Shown here: piece by piece, positions 1 to 12,015 of the stretch | Layout of the letters: each line of letters begins with the position of its first letter | Numbering within the stretch: position 1 is the first letter of the stretch | NCBI GenBank assembly: GCA_043228905.1 | Contig: JBHGNT010000018.1 | Location: forward strand, 7,378,001-7,442,000 | Source: Azolla caroliniana | Taxonomy: Eukaryota; Plantae; Polypodiophyta | Length of the DNA stretch: 64,000 nucleotides | Reading direction: 5' to 3' | The notes under the pieces: generated by a model | Seen by the model: only the letters and a program-made list of their open reading frames with translations | Databases searched by the model: none | Told to the model about the DNA's origin: nothing | Translations under genes and position numbers: made by a program

Positions 1-265
1 TTTTCCATTATATTCTTCACATGTAAATTCTCATACATGAGAGCTTCGATGAGTGACATGGACATCATGCATCACATGTAATGCATTAGCGTCAAGTGGC
101 AAACATGCATCACATGCATTATATGCATTGTATTCATGTCTTGCACCCTGACATGCATCATATGCATGGGATCATCTATAAAAGAGTGGAGGAAAAAGAA
201 TCAAGGGGGAAGCTATGTATTGAATGAAGGAAACAATAATAAAATCTAGTTATCTTATTGGTGAT
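1..265 (+). mobile_element. Left part of an LTR (family X), split by Copia-1; resumes at about 17406-17628
   Basis: 1-200 matches the reverse complement of about 39440-39600 (CTATAAAAGAG TATA included); 17520-17628 matches the reverse complement of 39158-39270 and ends in ...TTGACA. Confidence 0.6.
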
Positions 266-710
266 TGTAAAAGTTAATATGCGAAAGCTTATGACAAACC
301 AGTTCAAGCGAATAGCAATAGAGAGAGTTCAGGTTTAATGGAAACCTCATAAGACACAGAGAGTGGGAGAGACAGAGAGAGCAGAATAGCAAAAAACTAT
401 ATTAAAAACTAATACTCTGTACATAGGATATGCTCAGTGTGCACTCTTTATACAAGTCCACAAGGGATTGACAAAAGTACTGTGTACTCCAATGCTCATA
501 TGAGCGGCTGACATAACTACGAGGACCATGACTACCTAGTAGTTTGGAAATGTAGACCTCGAAACGGCCTACCGGTACACATGTGGGTTCAGCTCTTCGA
601 TCTAGCTCCCTGATCCCGATCCAACTCCTGGTTTTGGATATTATCCGGGCACTGATCCGGCTCTGGGTTATTCAGCCGATCCAGATCCGGTTGAGCTTGC
701 TCGCTCAACA
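266..710 (-). repeat. Copia-1 3' LTR
   Basis: TGTAAAAG...GCTCAACA, homologous to 17179-17405; CTCCCCTCCA (PPT reverse complement) follows. Confidence 0.9.
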
Positions 711-1899
711 CTCCCCTCCAAGCTCAACTTGAGGTCGGATCGTGGTGTTAGGGTCTGGGCATCCGGCTCCTTCTAGTGTCCTCCCTCCTCATCCGGTCTA
801 GTTCCTCCTTCCGCGACCCATCCGGTTCTGCGCTCCTCGACCTCCTCAGTTGGCTTGTCTACTCAACGGGCCCATTTCAGCTCCTTCATTGTTGCGACTC
901 CGACGCCGTCTAGTTCGCTTGGCCTTCAACAGATTTAGCTCTTCCAAATCAAATTGTTGAATTGAATCGGTTGTGTCCGATTCATTTCAGCTCTTGTTCG
1001 AGTTTGTAGTTTCCAACTCGTCTTCTATTTTTAGGCCCTTCACAACATCAAGCCATGTCCGGGTCTTGGTTTTCTTCTTCCGGTGAGCTATGTCTATCTT
1101 GACAATACTACCGTCGTCACTTTCTCCGACTTGTCCGGATGTGCCAACTCCTTCGGTCGATTCAGCTTCCTTTTTATTCTTGTCTCCCTCTATTTTGATT
1201 CTCTCTTTCTCTCCGGCTCCTTGTCCAGTGTCATTACTTGTCTCAACTCTCCCCTTCAAGTGCGGCAAGTCGAGATGCTAGAGACTGAGCATCTCCGAGA
1301 AGTGTTGCAACTTGTCCGATCTGAGCGGCTTGGTAAAGATGTCGATAACCTACCGATCTGTGTGAACATACCGAAGTTCAGCTTCACCGAAGTGATATTG
1401 TACTTCTATATGCTTTGTCCGAGCATGAAATATAGGGTTCTTCGTGAGCTGTATGCTGCTTACGTTGTCACAATAGATCAAGATTAGGGTTGGTACCTCA
1501 ATCCGAAGGTCTTGCAGCTGTCGTCGAAGCCATATACCTTCACAGGTGGCAATGGTGGCGCCCCGATACTTAACTTCTGTGCTGGATAGAGCTATGATTG
1601 GCTGGTTTTTGCTGCTTCATGCAACATCTGTGCTACTAAGACAATAAAAAGTATCCGGAGGTGGACCGACAATCCAATGTAGCACCACCCCAGTCGACAT
1701 CTGTATATCCGACTAGCTTTTAAGTTATACCATGTCGGTATAACACACCCTTATACTTAGTGCCACTAACATACCATAGTATCCGGTGTGCGCACTAAAG
1801 GTGTTGCACAATCGACTTTTGCATGAATTGGCTAATCATACCGACCGGATAATTGATGTCGAGTCGGGTGATAGTTAAGTAGATATCGCTTCCGACAAT

Positions 1900-2861
1900 C
1901 TATCGGAACCGTTTCTCGTTGCGGGCTGGGCCGGAGTCAGGACATAGCTTTCGGTTCCGGTCCAGGGGTGTGGAGATCGGTCGGCAATCCGTCATGCCGT
2001 ACTTGTTCAGCATATTCAACACATAATGTTGCTGTGAGAGCAATATGCCATCGTGGGTATGGATCACCTCGATCCCTAGAAAATAATGAAGCTCCCCCAG
2101 GTCCTTCATCTCCAATGCGTCTGACAGCTGGGACTTTATTCGTCCGATTTCATCGAGCCCGGGTTTGGTTATCACTAGATCATCTACATATAGCAGGATA
2201 GACATTGGACCATCCGAACCTTTCCTGATGAACAATGAAGAGTCGGATTTGGAGGTCGCAAAACCCATCTCACGCAACTAGTGCGTGATTTTGGCATTCG
2301 AAGTTGGGGGAGCTTGCTTCAGACCGTAAAGAGACTTCTTGAGTCGGCACACTGCCAACTTGTTCATCTCTGATTGAAATCTGGGGGGTTGGATCATATA
2401 GACCTGTTCTTCAAGATCACCTTGAAGAAACACATTCTTCACATCCATCTGATGAAGATGCCACCCCCTTGCCGCAACAACCACTAGCACCACACGAACC
2501 GTTGTCATCTTCGCTATCGGAGCGAAGGTTTCATTGTAGTCAACTCCGTGGGTGTTCACGTATCCCTTCACCACTAATCGGGCCTTGTACCGGTTGAACC
2601 GTCAACATTATACTTTACCTCCTACACCCACTTGCAACCGATTGGTTTGCAATATCGGGGAGGATCAACCAGGTCCCATGTGTCGTTGGCATCAAGTCCC
2701 TGCATCTCTTCCACCATAGCGGCATGCCAATGTGCATCCCTTGCTGCTTCTACGTAGCTCTCTGACTCACACTCTTCTGTCACTTTCCTCATGTACGCAT
2801 AGTAATGCACCATGTACTCATTGCACCCATACCATTTACAGGGTTCTTCTAGCGGGTACAT
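1900..2861 (-). pseudogene. Copia reverse transcriptase, disrupted
   Basis: ORFs 2622-2861, 2278-2574, 1900-2277 with KPIGCKWV, LHQMDVKN, SLYGLKQAP, LLYVDDL motifs; stops and frameshifts. Confidence 0.92.
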
Positions 2862-3348
2862 CGGCGTAACTTCTCATTAGCCGATTTGAGGGCACTCTTG
2901 GCCAATATGGACTTCATTCCCAAAGGTCCGTCTTCGTTCTTTCCGGAGTTGGATTCACTCTGATTTGACTCATCTCTGCCGGTGTCGTACTTTGACATCT
3001 TCTTCTTCCCCTTTTCCTTGCGTTTGAACCGTCTCCTTGGTTCCTTACACAGGGAGAGCACAACTGAGCCTCCGCTACTCGCCGACTCTTCATCTGACTG
3101 GTCATTCCGACTCAATCTCTCGTTTGGCCCACTTAGCCAGAATGAGATCGGACACTCATCTAGAGTGCCGAACCCTTCTTCATCTTTTTCCCGGACCGGT
3201 TCAAGCTCACTAGCCTCATCCTCCGGAATTGGGTCGGAGTAAAAAAACGGAGTCGGTAGAGAGTACCATGATGCCGACTCATGAAATTCGACATCTCAGT
3301 TTACTCGAACTTGTTTTGTTCGAGGGTTATAGCCCTTATAACCCTTTT

Positions 3349-5239
3349 TTTTCCATAAAAAATATCCTCCATTGGTATTAACATAAAGTGGCCAAAGGCA
3401 ATATACAAAAAAGTTCAGTATTACAAAGAAAAATTCAACACAATTAAGTAGAAAACTATTGAGCTATTGAACCCCATCTAAAACAAATAGCTTCAACTAC
3501 AGAAAACAACGACTCCTCCATCGTAGTGTTGCTCAATGTAAATATCGCATTCAGCGCTGCTTCCAACAGTATCTTTTCAGGGCCACCATGGCAGATATGC
3601 CCTGAGAATATTGTTTCTGCACCTATATACTATTCATCACCATCAAAAAAAGAGGTAAACATCCCCGTAGACCAATATGACCAACTTCTTCCACTACAGT
3701 TCATGATAGAAGTCCATTTGATGCCTTAACATGTAAATCAACAGTTCCATTTACGGCCATGGCATGTTCCAATAGCACCAACATACGTTCATCTAGGGAT
3801 GATCTATGAGACTCTTTGTATATCATCTTCGCATCTTCGCAATGTCCATGAAAATCCTCTATTAACAGCAAAAAATTAGTCTAAAAGTTTCCTCACCCAC
3901 TCATGATAGTCGGCTTCAACTATCCCACCATCTTCACTCATCCTTATCAAAGAAAAAATTCTTCATTCAGTCCACATCAGCCATCTCGCCGATTAGCATG
4001 TTGCGAATGTCCACTAAAACCCTGTATTAACAACAAAAAATTAGACTAGAAGTTTCCTCACCAACTCATGATAGTCGGCTTCGACCCCCCCACCATTTTC
4101 ACTCATCCTTATCAAAGAAAAAATTTCTTCATTCAGTCCACATCATCCATCTCACCGATTAGCATGTTGCCAATGTTCACGAAAATCCTGTATTAACAAC
4201 AAAAAATTAGTCTAAGAGTTTCCTCACCCACTTATGATAGTCGACTTCGACCCCCCCACCATCTTCACTCATCCTTATTATAGAAAAAATTCTTTATTCA
4301 ATCCACATTAGCCATCTCGTTGATTACCACCCACTTCTTGTAAAAATAACAAACAAACCGAGTCTAGATTATTTCCTCCTCTCCTCATGAATTGCTTCGG
4401 CCTCCATGCCATCATCACTCACCCTCTCATCATAGAAATATGCTTCAATCTCTACCATCATCAGTAATCATCCTATTGAACAACACAATATATATATATA
4501 TAAATCTCCCAAATGATGTACCTATGAGAACAAAATGATATTATAGTAATCTCATCATCTACTTCAGCTCCCACACCATCAACACTCATCTCATGAAAAT
4601 ATGCTTCAATTCCCACACCCCCATTACTCATCGTAATGAAAAACAGACAATCAACTACCTCAAACAACGGCTCCTCAAGAAAAATATGCTTCCCACTCAT
4701 CATTATCTCAAAAGAAAAAAACAACTTCATTCAATCCGCATCAAACATCTCACCGATTACCAACAATGGCCTGTGAAAAACAACCACAAATTAAGTGTAA
4801 ACAATTTCCACATCTCCTCATGACATGCTTCAGCCATCGCACCATCTTTACTTATCCTCTCTTCATGGAAACATGCTTCAATCCCCACCACCATCATCAA
4901 TCATCGTAATGAAAAATAAAACCTGCTTCATTCAATCGACATCAACCATCTCTCAATGTTGTTGATTATCAACGAAATCCTGTATGGACAGCAAAACAAA
5001 CGAGTTAAAAAAAACAATTTCTCACTTAGTCATGAAAATCTGCTTCCGTTCCCAGACCATAATCACTCATCATAATAAAAAACAGAAAAATCAACTTCCT
5101 CAAGGCCACATCAATCAACTCGTTGTCATCGAGTATCCCCATTAGCTTAAACCTACAGAAGCAAACATGAATGCACACTTTCCTCTCCTTATGAACATTT
5201 GCTCAACCACCGACAATCATTATCAGTCATCCCTATCTA
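3349..5239 (-). mobile_element. Non-coding poly(A)-tailed retro-insertion (LINE-mobilised) in the Copia-1 integrase region
   Basis: 18-bp TSD AGCCCTTATAACCCTTTT at 3331-3348 and 5240-5257 (1 mismatch; perfect at 15050-15067); T-run at the left end; Copia sequence is continuous when it is removed. Confidence 0.7.
3840..4325. repeat. About 166-bp tandem repeat, 3 copies, with decayed copies to about 5100
   Basis: AAAATCCT(C/G)TATTAACA-type unit start recurs at about 3851, 4016 and 4182. Confidence 0.85.
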
Positions 5240-5432
5240 AGACCTTATAACCCTTTTGTTCATGTGAGTAGCCGACTAGGATGCACTTCTCCGACTTTGG
5301 GTCCAACTTTCTCCGTATCTCATCCAGTACATGTACATATTCTAATCTACCGAATATCCGAACGTGCCTTAAATTTGGCTTCCGCCCGAAATACAGCTCG
5401 TGTGCTGACCCCTTCTCCCCGATCTTGTTTTG
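5137..5432 (+). repeat. About 296-bp direct duplication, left copy (right copy 14947-15242)
   Basis: CCCCATTAGCTTAAACCTACAG...GATCT(T/G)GTTTTG on both sides of the Penelope-like element; about 11 differences by eye. Confidence 0.95.
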
Positions 5433-5519
5433 GTTATTAACCGTTTGGTTGTAGCAAGGTCTGCGGGCGACTTTGTGATATACTAGATAATGTAATAGTA
5501 AAAGAAGAGATTCTAAGCA

Positions 5520-5558
<39 letters not shown>

Positions 5559-5589
5559 CAAGAATTTTTCATTAAAATGAAAGGAAAGA

Positions 5590-5640
5590 CCTTATGCAAC
5601 AAACTAGTTTCGCTCGTTTAGAGCTCATCAGTGCAAAAGG
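5590..5640 (-). ncRNA. Minimal type I hammerhead ribozyme-like motif
   Basis: Minus strand CCUUUUGCA-CUGAUGA-GCUC-UAAAC-GAGC-GAAA-CUAG-UU-UGU-UGCAUAAGG: intact core, 4-bp stem II, palindromic stem III loop, stem I CCUUUUGCA/UGCAUAAGG; register at the cleavage site is imperfect. Confidence 0.75.
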
Positions 5641-6044
5641 TTATGGAAATACAAATGGTGGTTTATATAGGATGTTGAGAATGGGGAAGGGAGGAGAAAG
5701 AGGGAAAGTATAATCATAGTGAGTGGGGTGTAATAAGAGTGTAAATAGATGGAAGGTTGTAAGGATTTAAGGTGGAAGTTCGTGATGATAGGGGGGTGGT
5801 GATAAAGGGGGAAATGAGTTTGTGATAGGAAGATTGATAGGGTGATAAGACAGATGAGTGAGTGGGATATGGTGATAAGGGGAAATGAATGAGTGATAGG
5901 GTATGTAATTATAAGTAAGTAAACATAAGATGGTGAGAAGGTGAAAATTAAGGAAGGGAATAAGAAGGGAAAGGAAGGAAAATGAAAAAGGAAGTTAGTA
6001 AGAGGTGGTGGGAAGAAGGTTTGAGGGAAACGAGGGAAGAGGGA

Positions 6045-6084
6045 GAGTGTATAAAAAGGTAGTGAGAGGTATAGGGGAGGGGGA

Positions 6085-6124
<40 letters not shown>

Positions 6125-6700
6125 AGAGAGGGAGAGAGAGACAGAGAGAGAGAACTATGGAATTTAGTGAAATGTGTATAAAAAGGTAGTGAGAAGTATA
6201 GGGGAGGGGGAAGGGAGAAGGGAGAAAAAAGGGAGAGAGAGAGAGAGAGAGAGAACTATGGATTTTAGTGTAATGTGTATAAAAAGGTAGTGAGAGGTAT
6301 AGGGGAGGAGGAAGGGAGAAGGGAGAAAAAAGGGAGAGAGAGAAGGAATGAGTGAAGATATAAAATAGTAGTAAGGGAGGGAGAGAGAAAGAGAGAGAGA
6401 AGGAATGAGTGAAGATATAAAATAGTAGTAAGGGAGGGAGAGAGAGAGAGAGAGAGAAATATAGATTTTAGTGAAATATAAGGGAATAGTGAGAGGTATA
6501 GGGGAGGGGGAAGGGAGAAGGGAGAAAAAAGGGAGAGAGAGAAGGAATGAGTGAAGATATAAAATAGTAGTAAGGGAGGGAGAGAGAAAGAGAGAGAGAA
6601 GGAATGAGTGAAGATATAAAATAGTAGTAAGGGAGGGAGAGAGAGAGAGAGAGAGAAATATAGATTTTAGTGAAATATAAGGGAATGATAGGGGAGTATA
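6045..6700. repeat. GA-rich compound tandem repeats and (GA)n microsatellites in the PLE 3' UTR
   Basis: Repeated GGTAGTGAGAGGTATAGGGGAGG and GGAATGAGTGAAGATATAAAATAGTAG units. Confidence 0.9.
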
Positions 6701-6807
6701 GATAGGAGGGAAGGGGGAAAAGGAGATGTGTGTGACTAGTAAATAGTAGTAAGGGGGAAGGAGGGAGGAACGAGGAAGGGGGATAGATGAAGGGTGAGAA
6801 AATATGT

Positions 6808-7112
6808 TTATGGGGGTTCTAGGATGTTTTTAGTTTTGACAAGAAAAGAGTGGAGGTTTTTGGATTTTGTCCAACAAATAATGGGTTTTGGGATATGTTG
6901 TAGTTGGGGATCTAATTGTAGGCTAGAGTGTAGGCTATTGAGCATTTCTTTGATAATTAGTGTGGGGGTATGGCAAGTATATCTAAGTTTAAAGATAGTG
7001 GGTGGGGTGGTTTTTTTAGTTTTTTCTTTGAAGAGGAGAGTGTGTCTAAGGGAGTAAGGGTGTTTTCTAAAGTTCTTTAGAATAAAATGCATGGGATAAC
7101 CTTGGGCCCTAA
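6808..7112 (-). CDS. PLE RT ORF, C-terminal segment (ends ..KSKNLHSFLVKTKNILEPP*)
   Basis: Joining across TSD CCTAA gives in-frame FFMRLRAQGYPMHF; no GIY-YIG follows. Confidence 0.85.
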
Positions 7113-10100
7113 TATTGTGTTACCGTACGAGATGTACGGGTGATTGATAAATGTGATAAGTGAGGGTGAAAGATGTAATGTGTTGATATGTTTGTGTGAT
7201 TTTATTCAATTATGAGTGTGAATGTAAGTGTGAGTGTGGTAGATACAAAGAGGTGTGAGTGAGTGACTAGGTGTGAATGCCAAGGGGGCTTGCACCCTTG
7301 TGGATCTACCCCTTTGTACCTATTTAACCCCTTATGGGAAATGAATGAAACATGAATGAACATTTCTCTCTTAATCTCTCTCTCTCTCTTTGTCATCTCT
7401 CTTCCTCTCTCTCCCATTAACGTTGAACCCCCTTGGGAGGGGGGTGGAGCCATTCTAGGCACCACCCCCCACCCCTCAATGGTTGTCTTGTTCTTCACGC
7501 CCTCTCTCATCATCACACATTCATTATCAATCTACCATCATTGCTAGCCCTATTCCTATCTTTATCATTATCATACCCTAACCATAAAACATATAACACC
7601 TTTTGGCGACCAGTAAGGCAACCCCCCTTTGGAGATAGAGTCGACGAATGATCCGCGGCAGTATGATGTGCGAGCGAGTGGAACTTACGGAATGATATGT
7701 GGTAGAAGTATGTGCAAGAGAGCAAGAAATCAAATTGACAATGTACAAGAAATGATGAAAATGGTAGATTGATGATGTCTCCGAGCATTATCATCATCAT
7801 TCTCATCATTTTTGGTCTTTGGATAATCACTACTCCTGTAACCCTAACCCCATTTTCTGTTCTTGTTTTCCTAACCCTAATTCCTCTACCATTCCTTGCA
7901 CTAGATACCCTATCCCTAGTTTCTCCTACACCCATGGGCCTTATAAGTTTAGCCCAAACTCTTCGTGTACTAACCCTAAGTGTGTGCCTCTGGCCCTTAT
8001 ACTAACCCTGATACTAACAGCTATATTAACCACCATAATGCATGTGAGCATGATTCATATCATGGTGGCACTCATAATAAGCATAGTTTGTTCATAAACC
8101 ATGATCTCCAAGATGATGCATATGAAGGAATTAGAATGTGCGGTCATTCTTCGTTGTAATCATAATCATTAGGGTCACCATTGCTAAACTCATCAACAAC
8201 AAATAGAAGGAGAAGACGGGAGAACACCAAAGAAGAACAAGGAGGACCGGACAACAAGACGAAAAAAATGAAGGGTCCGCCAGAGATGATGGTGACAAAG
8301 AGAAAGGGCGGTGGAAAGAATGACCAATGGCATGAGAAGATGAACAAAGATGGGAGCAGCCGAACCAACTGCCAGAAAACCAGCCGGTACGGACCGGAAC
8401 GAGCCAAACTAAGACAGCTCGATGGCTAGAACAACAATATCGACAGAGGAGAGGCTGGAGAAGCGCCGGCCGGAGAGCGACCGAAGAGCAGTCGTAGTGG
8501 CTGAACGGCGCCGGAAAGGAGGCGGCCAGACCGGACGATGCTGGACAACGGCTGAAGAGCAGCCGGACAACAGTCGGAGCAGTTGGAGTGGCCGGTTAGT
8601 GGCTAAACAATAGCCGACGACCAGACAAATGCCGGTACAACAGCCGGACGACGACGCTTGACGATGGCCGGTCGACGGAGACGACCACAAAACCCAACAA
8701 AGCAGCGGCCGCAGCAGGAGAGTTTCGGCCAGAGAGGGGCTAGATAGCAACAGGAACAACGGCCAAATATCGGCCGAAGAGTGGAAAGAGCGGTCGGAAG
8801 GGCCGGAAAACAATCGGAATAGCCGGACAGTGGCAGTAGCAGCCGGAGCAGCTGGAGGGTCGGACAAGGCCGGGGAAGCAGACATGTGGCCGGGAGGACG
8901 GACCGAACGCACGACCGGAAGACAACGGACAAATGGTTGGGACAGTAGCTGAACAACGACCGGAGTGGCAGCAAATAATCAGCGGCGGTGGCGAAAAATT
9001 AGCGACGAAGATGGCCGGACCGGATGGGCCAGACAAACGAATGGAGGACCGGGAGATAGGGTCGGACACGAACAACCAGCGGCAGCAAAAATCAGCAACC
9101 GGATAGACAGCCGGAGCGGCTGGACAGCAACCAGAACGGCGACACCACGCCGAAAAGCGACAGGAATGATCGGACAGCCGATGGCCGGAACGGTGATGAC
9201 GTTGAAACGACGGACCGGACAACCGAATAGTGGCTGGAGGGCTAGAAAGACAATAACGGCCAGTTCTGACAGACGGACCAAACAGAGTCAGAGACACATA
9301 TAGACAGCGCTAGACGAGGACTAACCGACAGACGACAGTGACGGAAAAACAACGACGACGGATGGTGATGGTGATGGTGATGACAACGGTGACGGTGACG
9401 ACGACGGAGCCAGAGACGAAAACAGAAACGAAAACAAAGACAGAGACGGAGATGAACCGAGAAGGCCGTATAGACGCAACAACACACAACAACACACAAG
9501 AACAAAGCGTGACAGGCATGGACAACGGACATAGCGGTGGTGAAAGAAGGAAGAAGAAACAGAAAACGGAGATGAAGGAAAGAAATAGAGAAAGGGAAGA
9601 AGAAATAGAAAACATAGAGGAAGAGACGTTGAAGAAGAAGAAAACAAGAAGTAAGAGAAAAAAAAGAAGGAAACAAGAAAAGAAAAAAAGAGGGAAAAAG
9701 AGAATGATAAGGGGCACCTGAAGAAATTTTAAATGTTGAGGGTAGCAGTCTAAAATTTCAGAAACCTGGTGGTACTGAATGAAATTTTCAAAACTCGAGG
9801 GTATATAATACAAATTTTAAAAATCAAAGGGCACCTACGAAAATTTGAAAACTCATCAACCTAAAAGAAATGGACGCGATCAACACACAACTCACAAAAT
9901 GAACAAAAGGAACACACATACATACAACATTTTTTTGACAACCCAAATGATGTTACCGAAGTTCGTGAACCGATGAAGATTCGCTGACCGACAAAGATGT
10001 TCAAGTCAAGCGCTCCGATCGAGGGAGTCGATCGTTGATGTTACCAAAGTTCATAAGTCGATAGAACAAGAATGTTCGTGTCACAGAAGAGTCGCTGACC

Positions 10101-10722
10101 GACGGAGATGTTCGAGTCAAGCGCTCTGATCGAGGGAGTCGATCGTTGAGAGGACCGATGGAAATTCCGGTCGAAGAAAAATTATGATCAAGGCATGTGG
10201 GATCGACGTGCAAGGCACTCTCCCACGGGCGTGCCATATTGTGTTACCGTACGAGATGTACGGGTGATTGATAAATGTGATAAGTGAGGGTGAAAGATGT
10301 AATGTGTTGATATGTTTGTGTGATTTTATTCAATTATGAGTGTGAATGTAAGTGTGAGTGTGGTAGATACAAAGAGGTGTGAGTGAGTGACTAGGTGTGA
10401 ATGCCAAGGGGGCTTGCACCCTTGTGGATTTACCCCTTTGTACCTATTTAACCCCTTATGGGAAATGAATGAAACATGAATGAACATTTCTCTCTTAATC
10501 TCTCTCTCTCTCTTTGTCATCTCTCTTCCTCTCTCTCCCATTAACGTTGAACCCCCTTGGGAGGGGGGTGGAGCCATTCTAGGCACCACCCCCCACCCCT
10601 CAATGGTTGTCTTGTTCTTCACGCCCTCTCTCATCATCACACATTCATTATCAATCTACCATCATTGCTAGCCCTATTCCTATCTTTATCATTAGCATAC
10701 CCTAACCATAAAACATATAACA
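7113..10722 (-). mobile_element. Young non-autonomous LTR element (LARD/TRIM-like) inserted in the PLE ORF
   Basis: 486-bp LTRs 7113-7598 and 10237-10722 with about 2 differences; TSD CCTAA (7108-7112, 10723-10727); PBS-like TGGCACGCCCGTGGG on the minus strand next to the right LTR; no gag/pol in the 2.6-kb interior. Confidence 0.9.
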
Positions 10723-11165
10723 CCTAAGTCTCATAAAGAATTTCTTTTGCATATATAAATAACCTAGGGATGTGCTTTCTCTAACCATATATCTTTTTAA
10801 TTCATTCGAAATGAAACTATTTTTAACAGGGAGAGGGTGATTGGAGGAATAAGGAATGTATTGATATGTATTAAGTGTTTTTTGAAAGCAATTAAAAGTG
10901 AATCTATTATTATCTAAGTTAATCCACAAGTCTAAAAAGGGTAGTTTCGTGTAAGAAGTATGTATGGTTAGTTTGATAGAGTTTTGAGTAGTGTTACTAT
11001 AGAAGTTTAGGTATTCAAAAAGTTGGGGTTTAGTACCAGTCCAAACGCCAAAGGCATCATCAATATACCTAGTGAAATAGAAAAGGTGGGGTGATGGATT
11101 GGAATTTTCTAGATATGAGAGGAAGAGACATGCGTAGACAACGGAAAAATTACTGCCCATGGTTG
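10723..11165 (-). CDS. PLE RT ORF, middle segment (MGS, RYIDD, LPFLDL, SNHP thumb)
   Basis: ORF 10702-11160: MGSNFSVVYACLFL, FTRYIDDAFGVW, KLPFLDLWI, YIPYSSNHP...ISNELKRY. Confidence 0.92.
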
Positions 11166-12010
11166 TGTTGGTAGACAGGTCCCTCCGGATGGGAAGGGAG
11201 AAGAACAGGTCCCTCCGGATGGGAAGGGAGAAGAACAGGTCCCTCCGGATGGGAAGGGAGAAGAACAGGTCCCTCCGGATGGGAAACGGTATGAACCGGA
11301 TGGGGAGAACCTGACTTCGGAGAGTCGGATGGTGTAGGCCCAGTATGAACCGGATGAGGACAACCCGACTTCGGAGAGTCGGATGGTGTAGGCCCGGTAT
11401 GAACCGGATGAGGAGAACCCGACTTCGGAGAGTCGGATGGTGTAGGCCCGGTATGAACCGGATGAGGAGAACCCGACTTCGGAGAGTCGGATGGTGTAGG
11501 CCCGGTATGAACCGGATAAGGAGTACCCGACTGCGGAGAGCTGGATGGAGCCCATCGAGGCTACATTTGTAAATAGCCGAAAAGTCATATTAGTATAAAT
11601 ATGACTTAGGGCAAACTTTTTTGTTACTGTTGTCATTCTAGTTGTCATTCCTTCTTGTTGGTGCAAGAAGAAATCAGAGCGTGTAACTGTACAGAAAGAG
11701 AGAGAGAGAAAAGAGAGAGAGAGACGAGGTCGTTGCCTCTGTTGTAACCGCCGCCTGTGGCGAAGATCTGAGAACACGAGGTCGTTGCCTCAGTGATCTC
11801 ACTGTTGTATATTTCTGCATAGTGACAGTTTGCAGCTCGTGGGCTGCCGTGGTTTTTCCCCCTATTTTGGGGTTTTCCACGTATACCTCCTGTGTACCAT
11901 TTCTCCTCTTCCTTTTCTTTTGTGTCGCGTTTCATTACCTGTTTTCTGTGTATGAAAAGAATCTCGGTTGTGGCCGAGCGTCGGACATAAGGAACGTCGA
12001 GTTCCCAACA
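11166..12010 (+). mobile_element. Solo LTR inserted in the PLE RT
   Basis: TGTTGG...CCCAACA with TSD GGTTG on both sides; internal 30-bp and 57-bp tandem arrays; removal restores QVKGTTMGS in frame. Confidence 0.93.
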
Positions 12011-12015
12011 GGTTG

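Noticed and set aside
7202-7516. Near-identical 104-aa ORFs at 7202 and 10326 as duplicated genes
   Set aside because: They are the two LTR copies
7830-8020. Scattered ACCCTAA motifs as telomeric repeats linked to the PLE
   Set aside because: Dispersed, not tandem, and inside the nested LTR element rather than at PLE junctions
8144-9813. Many overlapping 80-185 aa ORFs on both strands
   Set aside because: GC-rich low-complexity interior of a non-autonomous LTR element; no domain motifs
11176-11545. 30-bp and 57-bp arrays and the 222-aa repetitive ORF 11109-11777; superficially CRISPR-like
   Set aside because: Head-to-tail repeats without unique spacers, inside a TSD-bounded solo LTR; the ORF is a by-product
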